DNA of 64,000 bases, from sequence record OZ035759.1. One strand, given 5' to 3'. Source of the DNA: Mosigvirus mar005p1. Positions within the stretch are counted from its first letter, which is position 1. The number at the start of each line of letters is the position of its first letter. A program made the position numbers and the translations under genes. The notes under the pieces were generated by a model. The model was not told where the DNA came from and made no database searches. It was given only the letters and a program-made list of their open reading frames with translations. Shown here piece by piece: positions 58,835 through 64,000 of the stretch.

Positions 58835-60160
58835 TCAAAGTGCCTCCAAGTCTTTAGTGTACTCTGTCACAACATCAGTAGACTTCCAATACTCATTTTC
58901 TTCTTTCTTAGCTTTAGCTTCTTCTGCTAGTTTACGTGCTTCATCGGAAGTGATATGGAAGATGTTAAGACCTACCAGTTTATCGACATGTTCTTTATAC
59001 ATTTCGATTTGTGCTAGCTCTTCAGTCAAAGCTTTACGAGTCTTGCCTTGAATCACAATTTCACCGTTGATAACTTTTTTGATGAAGTGTGCCTTAGCAA
59101 AAGCAAGTTTAAATGCTTTTTCAGATTCAAGGATTTTGTTGTCAATACGTTTCTGAACGTAAGTCTTACGGACTTCAACAAAATCTTTGATTAAGTCCAC
59201 TACGTTATCGTAGACAGCTAATTTACCCTTTTCATTAATCACTGTGATGTTTTGTGAACGACGTTCGATGAGACTAAAATCTTTCATGATTTTTTCATGA
59301 CGTAGCTCTTCATCATCAGGAAGCGAGTACTCTTTACGGAACTTCACCTTAAACCCAAAGCCGTGTTCACCACAATCATCTTCCCATGAGATTAGACCTT
59401 TATCTTCCAACGGGTCGAGAACCTTACTCACATACGTTTCACGGTCGAATTTATATGGGATTTCAGTTATCTGCATTTGAGTGCGAGATGTGAACTTATA
59501 TGTTCCGTGAATCTCATAACGCCCATCAACTTCATGTACTTCACCACGGAATTCCGGGAATTCAACTTTTGGCTTAGTGACATTTTTACCTTGAAGAGCT
59601 TGTAATACGGCCTTTTTGACTGATTTAAAACTATGAGGCAGAATATTTGTTGCGTAACCGGTTGCAATACCAGATACACCATTCAAAAGAACTGTCGGAA
59701 TAATAGGAAGATAGAATTTTGGTGGAATGTGTTCTTTATCTTCATGAGCTGGAGCATATTCAGTATCTTTATATACGTTATAGAAATTTTTACTTACACG
59801 AGCAAAAATATAACGAGATGCTGCAGCTTTTTGGACTGTTCTAGAACCAAAGTTGCCTTGGCCATCTAACAGTGGATAGTTGTTGTTCCATGTGTTAGCC
59901 ATCAATGCACCTGCATCTTGTGCAGAAGATTCACCATGGTGATAACCTAAATCTGCAACACCGCCTGCAATTGACGCAAGTTTATGAAATTTTTCTTTAT
60001 TACCACGAGCCAAATCTAACGCACGATGAACCACAAAACGTTGAACCGGCTTAAATCCATCAATCATGTTTGGGATTGCACGGTTTTCAACGGTGTACAT
60101 CGCATATGCTAAGGCTTCGTTATCAATAATACTTTTTAGATTACGAGAATTCAATTGCAT
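58835..60160 (-). CDS. 52: DNA topoisomerase II medium subunit gp52
   Basis: 441 aa (T4 gp52 442 aa); GyrA-like breakage-reunion domain. Confidence 0.9.
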   Translation of the reverse strand: MQLNSRNLKSIIDNEALAYAMYTVENRAIPNMIDGFKPVQRFVVHRALDLARGNKEKFHKLASIAGGVADLGYHHGESSAQDAGALMANTWNNNYPLLDGQGNFGSRTVQKAAASRYIFARVSKNFYNVYKDTEYAPAHEDKEHIPPKFYLPIIPTVLLNGVSGIATGYATNILPHSFKSVKKAVLQALQGKNVTKPKVEFPEFRGEVHEVDGRYEIHGTYKFTSRTQMQITEIPYKFDRETYVSKVLDPLEDKGLISWEDDCGEHGFGFKVKFRKEYSLPDDEELRHEKIMKDFSLIERRSQNITVINEKGKLAVYDNVVDLIKDFVEVRKTYVQKRIDNKILESEKAFKLAFAKAHFIKKVINGEIVIQGKTRKALTEELAQIEMYKEHVDKLVGLNIFHITSDEARKLAEEAKAKKEENEYWKSTDVVTEYTKDLEAL

Positions 60161-60164
60161 ATTT

Positions 60165-60305
60165 TCACCATATTAATGAACGAATAACCATTATAACATC
60201 TGAAATGAAAAGCACTACTTGGATTAGCCCAAACATCACACCGTAGTACAGAACCGTAAGCAACAACAAGAGCCCGAAGGCTCCTGCTAAGATTTTCTTA
60301 ATCAT
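60165..60305 (-). CDS. small hydrophobic membrane protein (ac / stp slot)
   Basis: 46 aa MIKKILAGAFGLLLLLTVLYYGVMFGLIQ...; stop 4 nt before gene 52 ATG; below track cut-off. Confidence 0.4.
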   Translation of the reverse strand: MIKKILAGAFGLLLLLTVLYYGVMFGLIQVVLFISDVIMVIRSLIW

Positions 60306-60451
60306 TACTCGCCTTTTAACACGTTAAGAAGAGCTAAGACCGCTAAGGTACCTTGTGATACGGCCTGTTGAAATACTGTTGTTTCGCCTGTAACTAAAGT
60401 GTTAACGAATAAAAACGACCAACATAGCAATGCAATAATCCATGCTACCAT
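60305..60451 (-). CDS. small hydrophobic membrane protein (ac / stp slot)
   Basis: 48 aa MVAWIIALLCWSFLFVNTLV...; 1-nt overlap with the next small ORF; below track cut-off. Confidence 0.4.
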   Translation of the reverse strand: MVAWIIALLCWSFLFVNTLVTGETTVFQQAVSQGTLAVLALLNVLKGE

Positions 60452-60503
60452 TTTAATTACCTCAAAAATAAATTAAAGGCCTAACTTAATAGGCCTATAT
60501 AAA

Positions 60504-60950
60504 TTAGTAACTCTGCAGAATGAATTTGAAATTATCAGCCAGAAGACGGTTCATTTCAGTGAGTGTTTGATATTCTGATGTATGGTTGCGAGTGAATGCT
60601 AGAGCCAATTGACCTTTACCATAACCGGTTGTCAGTGGTTTCATGTTCTTAGCTGCAACAAAGATTACATCATATTCAATATTGTTAGTGCCCATGGTAC
60701 GGGCTAGTTGCGAACGGCCTTGACGAATGTGAGAAAGAATTGCATCCAACCCCTGTTTAGAACGTTGACGTCCTACAAAGAATCGTGCTGCTACTTGTCG
60801 CCAATCAGACGAACCTTTAACGAAGAAGTAAAAACCTTCACGAGAACGAAACTCTTTAGAAACTTCAGAACCGTATTCGCCATTACGAACTACTGCAACA
60901 ACTTCACCGCCAACTGCCAGAAGGTCTTTACGAGTTAAATATTTGGACAT
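60504..60950 (-). CDS. ndd: nucleoid disruption protein Ndd
   Basis: 148 aa (T4 Ndd 151 aa); C-terminal half recognisable as T4 Ndd. Confidence 0.8.
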   Translation of the reverse strand: MSKYLTRKDLLAVGGEVVAVVRNGEYGSEVSKEFRSREGFYFFVKGSSDWRQVAARFFVGRQRSKQGLDAILSHIRQGRSQLARTMGTNNIEYDVIFVAAKNMKPLTTGYGKGQLALAFTRNHTSEYQTLTEMNRLLADNFKFILQSY

Positions 60951-60994
60951 GCTAATTTCCTCAATTGATTAATGTTTTTGTAATCCATGAGAGC

Positions 60995-61024
60995 ATTATA
61001 CTCTGCTCTCAAGAGTTTGTACAA
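60995..61024 (-). promoter_or_regulatory. early-type promoter variant upstream of ndd
   Basis: Minus-sense TTGTAC, 18 bp, TATAAT; -10 flanked by TGAGAGC / GCTCTCA. Confidence 0.4.
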
Positions 61025-61026
61025 TT

Positions 61027-61227
61027 TTATTCGGCCATATCAGAACGTTCAAAAAGCTCTTCAACAGTTAAACATTCAGTGTCATCTTCAATAAAGAATC
61101 GAGTCCAACACGTTGGGGCGATACAGTTATGAGTTTGTCCGGCGATAGAAGCTACACGAATAAGCTGCTGACCATTATTCAGAACAAATTTTTCGCCAAT
61201 TTCAACGTCTTTAAAAAGCTTAGCCAT
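61027..61227 (-). CDS. hypothetical protein
   Basis: 66 aa; first gene after an early promoter. Confidence 0.45.
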   Translation of the reverse strand: MAKLFKDVEIGEKFVLNNGQQLIRVASIAGQTHNCIAPTCWTRFFIEDDTECLTVEELFERSDMAE

Positions 61228-61255
61228 TTTGTGTTCCTCATGTTTCAGTAGGACT

Positions 61256-61285
61256 ACTATACCATAATCCTACCGTGATGTAAAC
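61256..61285 (-). promoter_or_regulatory. T4 early-type promoter
   Basis: Minus-sense GTTTAC, 18 bp, TGgTATAGT; -10 flanked by GTAGGA / TCCTAC. Confidence 0.45.
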
Positions 61286-61287
61286 AA

Positions 61288-61398
61288 TTAAATTACATTA
61301 AAATATGTTAAAGCCAACCATGTTCCAGTGAACGAACATGCAATGTAAAAACCCGTATCACAAATTGTTCTTAGTACAATAAGAAGTGCATTTTTCAT
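61288..61398 (-). CDS. tiny hydrophobic peptide ORF
   Basis: 36 aa MKNALLIVLRTICDTGFYIACSF...; ATG overlaps upstream stop (ATGA); not in ORF track. Confidence 0.3.
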   Translation of the reverse strand: MKNALLIVLRTICDTGFYIACSFTGTWLALTYFNVI

Positions 61399-61481
61399 AA
61401 GTACCTCAACACAATTGAAAATATTATACAAATCATTGGGATACTAAGCAACCATATTCCTATCCACATTTTAGAGCTCAT
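61395..61481 (-). CDS. tiny hydrophobic peptide ORF
   Basis: 28 aa MSSKMWIGIWLLSIPMICIIFSIVLRYL; ATG overlaps stop of the 87 aa ORF (ATGA); not in ORF track. Confidence 0.3.
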   Translation of the reverse strand: MSSKMWIGIWLLSIPMICIIFSIVLRYL

Positions 61482-61741
61482 ATCTCAACTTCCGCGAGTT
61501 CCATATATCCTTTGTTGATAACCTCTTTAAGGTCTTTAGAAAGAATAACACTAAAATGGTCGTTCATATGTCCATTAACTAAACGAGTTATTTCGGCTTC
61601 AGATGACATATAAGGCACGTCTGAGTCCCAATGAGATAGACCCAAATGGGTATAAATCATCCCTTCGTCATCTGCGGTGTTGTACATTGAAACAAATTCG
61701 CCTGTTACTTTATGTTTTGCGTAGAAAAATTTAAATTTCAT
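61478..61741 (-). CDS. hypothetical protein
   Basis: 87 aa; first gene after an early promoter. Confidence 0.45.
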   Translation of the reverse strand: MKFKFFYAKHKVTGEFVSMYNTADDEGMIYTHLGLSHWDSDVPYMSSEAEITRLVNGHMNDHFSVILSKDLKEVINKGYMELAEVEI

Positions 61742-61767
61742 GATGTTATCCTCTTTTAGATAGGACT

Positions 61768-61797
61768 ACTATATCATAGTCCTACTTAGTTGTAAAC
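61768..61797 (-). promoter_or_regulatory. T4 early-type promoter with flanking inverted repeat
   Basis: Minus-sense GTTTAC, 18 bp, TGaTATAGT; flanked by TAGGACTA (61761-61768) and TAGTCCTA (61777-61784). Confidence 0.45.
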
Positions 61798-61809
61798 ACT
61801 TTTGTGAAA

Positions 61810-62286
61810 TTAAAGATGAAGATACCACCCGTTGTAGTTGCTCTTGCGGACGATTTTCTTTAGGTCTTCATGGTCTCCCACGAACTTTATAGAATAAGAG
61901 AAGACGTCAGGTGAGGTTTCTTTGACATCTAATATAATAATGCAATCTGCGACTCGATGATTCAAGAAGGGCCCTATATTGATTCCATTACCACCTGGGT
62001 AATCACCGCTGTATCCTGTGGTAACGGAAATCCATTTAGAATCTATCTGGTGCGTCTTGACTTCTACACGAATTCCACAATACTTGGGATGGGCTAACAC
62101 GTCCCATGCATACGTGTACGGGTCTTCTACATCTTCAATACCTTTATTAACATATCCGTCTAGCCAATTTGCTACTACATACTCTGCAAAGACCGCAACC
62201 TTACAACGTCGAACAACGTCTTCTTTTATTTGTCCTGGATCTTGTTTCAACGAGTACCGAGCAGTATCAGCGATCTTAACCTTCAT
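61810..62286 (-). CDS. hypothetical protein in the denB slot
   Basis: Internal ATG gives 158 aa (track version 206 aa overlaps the upstream ORF); sits where T4 has denB but no motif recognised. Confidence 0.4.
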   Translation of the reverse strand: MKVKIADTARYSLKQDPGQIKEDVVRRCKVAVFAEYVVANWLDGYVNKGIEDVEDPYTYAWDVLAHPKYCGIRVEVKTHQIDSKWISVTTGYSGDYPGGNGINIGPFLNHRVADCIIILDVKETSPDVFSYSIKFVGDHEDLKKIVRKSNYNGWYLHL

Positions 62287-62302
62287 TTCGCTAGTCAAAA
62301 AC

Positions 62303-62590
62303 TCATTCGACAGGATAAATGTCGGAAGACTCTTCAGCCTCAACAGCCCCAAGTTCGTCTTTACCATAGATACCTCTGATGTGTAGTTCGCCAAAATAAA
62401 TGCGGTCTCCTTCTTCAAGATATTCTGCATCTACCGGTGGGATTTCAATAACAACTTCGTCGCATTCTAACCAGCCGTAGTGTGCATCGCCAGGATGTTT
62501 TACCAATTTAGCACAATAAACTGATTTACACTTATGATGACCACGAAGATTAGCAATTTTGGATTCTGATACGTCAAATGGATGAATCAT
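62303..62590 (-). CDS. hypothetical protein
   Basis: 95 aa ORF downstream of rIIB. Confidence 0.45.
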   Translation of the reverse strand: MIHPFDVSESKIANLRGHHKCKSVYCAKLVKHPGDAHYGWLECDEVVIEIPPVDAEYLEEGDRIYFGELHIRGIYGKDELGAVEAEESSDIYPVE

Positions 62591-62600
62591 AATTACCCCT

Positions 62601-62626
62601 AAAGAAAAAAGGGGACCGAAGTCCCC
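62601..62626 (-). terminator. intrinsic terminator after rIIB
   Basis: GGGGAC-TTCG-GTCCCC (minus sense) followed by TTTTTTT. Confidence 0.7.
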
Positions 62627-62631
62627 AATTA

Positions 62632-63579
62632 TTATTCTGCAAATAATTCAGTAACGTCTGAAATTACTTCATAACGACAAGTACGCATCTTGGCATCACC
62701 ATAGTCAACCGGGATGGATACAACATCACGTGGATGAACTTTAACCTTAACAACTTTATCTGAGCTAGAACCAAAGTAACGAATATATGATTTAGCACAA
62801 ACATGTAGACCACGGGAGCAGGTTTGAGTATCATCATCGTTAACACGAGTACGAGGCATTGAAACAACTTTACCAGGCGAGTTATCAAATGTACCGCTAT
62901 AACAATCTAAATAGTCTTTACGAACTACTTTCCACGCGTAGAAATGCCCATCTTCAGTGATTTCAATATCATTTGCAACCAAGAAGTCGAATAAACGTTG
63001 TACAGCTTTTTCGCTTGGGTTTTCTAACAGGTTTTCAAGGAATGGCAGATAGAATTTAAAGTCTTCACCTTTTTCCATGGAATCAATAATACGGTTAACC
63101 AGCCCTGAACGAATCTCTATACCTTGATAAAATAAACTACCGCCTTCAATAGTAACATTACCATCAACAAACTTAGTAATAGCTTTCTTGACGTTAATAA
63201 GTTCGACAGCTTTACTAAGGTTTCCTGCGACCAGATTAGCTTTAATTTCTTCAAAATTTGCATGACTTGATGGAGTCGCATTGTATGCTACGCGTCCTTC
63301 AATAATTGAAATAAATTTAGATGACGCATTCCATACGATTTCAGGACGATGTCCGCCGATAATAGGTTCATCATTTTCTGGAACTTCTTCGATTACATAA
63401 GAGGCATCGTTTGCTTCAGGGACAACGCCTTCTGCTTTAAAATTCTTAACAATCTTACGAAGAGTATCTGTTGAAATGTCGAAGTAATCGGCAATTTCTT
63501 TACGAGTCCATTTGCCTGATTCAACCAGGCCGTAAGCTTCTAACTGTTCTTCTTGGGACAAGCATTTAATATTGTACAT
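62632..63579 (-). CDS. rIIB: rIIB rapid-lysis protein
   Basis: 315 aa (T4 rIIB 312 aa); N-terminus MYNIKCL and C-terminal half recognisable as T4 rIIB. Confidence 0.85.
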   Translation of the reverse strand: MYNIKCLSQEEQLEAYGLVESGKWTRKEIADYFDISTDTLRKIVKNFKAEGVVPEANDASYVIEEVPENDEPIIGGHRPEIVWNASSKFISIIEGRVAYNATPSSHANFEEIKANLVAGNLSKAVELINVKKAITKFVDGNVTIEGGSLFYQGIEIRSGLVNRIIDSMEKGEDFKFYLPFLENLLENPSEKAVQRLFDFLVANDIEITEDGHFYAWKVVRKDYLDCYSGTFDNSPGKVVSMPRTRVNDDDTQTCSRGLHVCAKSYIRYFGSSSDKVVKVKVHPRDVVSIPVDYGDAKMRTCRYEVISDVTELFAE

Positions 63580-63588
63580 AATGTTTCC

Positions 63589-64000
63589 TTATTTGGCCGC
63601 TTCCACGGCCTTCATGAATTTAACGATTTGAGCGACCTGTTCTTTGGAAAGAGTACCACGTCGTCCCATGTATTCTGACACAATATGATAATTGGTTTCG
63701 AATTCAATAACCATTTTATCATCATTATCGTAAGCATTATCTTTAAGCTTATCGAAAATTTTAGCACACAATTCTAACTTCTTATTCAGGTCTGTATTAG
63801 TAGCACCTGCGAATCGATTCCATCCCCAGCGATTATTTACTGTTGAGAGTTTTGCAAAATCTTTACTGATTTCTTTGTTTTTAGAGCTAAAATACTTACT
63901 AAGGAAGTTAAGCTCTTCATTACGAGTAATATGATTCAAATAAGGCTGTGCTCTACGACTTGGTGATACATACTCATCATAATCTACTTTATCGATTAGC
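63589..64000 (-). CDS. rIIA: rIIA, C-terminal fragment (5' end outside window)
   Basis: Frame open to the right edge; ends 10 nt upstream of rIIB; T4 order rIIA-rIIB. Confidence 0.65.
   Translation of the reverse strand, partial: LIDKVDYDEYVSPSRRAQPYLNHITRNEELNFLSKYFSSKNKEISKDFAKLSTVNNRWGWNRFAGATNTDLNKKLELCAKIFDKLKDNAYDNDDKMVIEFETNYHIVSEYMGRRGTLSKEQVAQIVKFMKAVEAAK

Noticed and set aside
58697-58930. Plus-strand 77 aa ORF between motA and gene 52
   Set aside because: Overlaps the minus-strand terminator hairpin and the 3' end of gene 52; no SD; likely spurious.

Overview
The window reads as a contiguous 64 kb segment of a T4-like (T-even, Tevenvirinae-type) myovirus genome, running from the 3' end of prohead core gene 67 to the 3' part of rIIA. 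All assignments rest on reading the supplied ORF translations and the DNA by eye against remembered T4 proteins, motifs and gene order; no database search or computation was run. Plus-strand late blocks: prohead core and capsid genes 68-21-22-23-24, uvsW, baseplate hub genes 51-27-28-29-48-54, and tail fibre genes 34-35-36-37-38 with holin t. Minus-strand early/middle blocks: rnlB, hoc, inh, uvsY-25-26, alt, DNA ligase 30, rIII, 31, cd, pseT, a spanin pair, alc, rnlA, denA, nrdB, nrdA, td, frd, 32-59-33-dsbA-rnh, asiA, motA, 52, ndd and rIIB. Regulation is T4-type: TATAAATA late promoters, GTTTAC-N18-TGnTAcTAT early promoters, two MotA-box middle promoters, and GC hairpins with UUCG loops as terminators. 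The most unusual content is a complete class I DAHP synthase gene (shikimate pathway entry enzyme) translationally coupled to cd, where T4 carries only small cd.x ORFs. Other points worth a second look: a YbiA/NADAR-like protein among the gene 30.x ORFs, an extra tandem Ig-like domain in Hoc, a GIY-YIG/NUMOD3 homing endonuclease between inh and uvsW, intron-less td and nrdB, early promoters whose -10 element sits between inverted repeats, and a 295 bp ORF-free stretch downstream of rIII. No tRNA, rRNA, CRISPR array or integrase was found.
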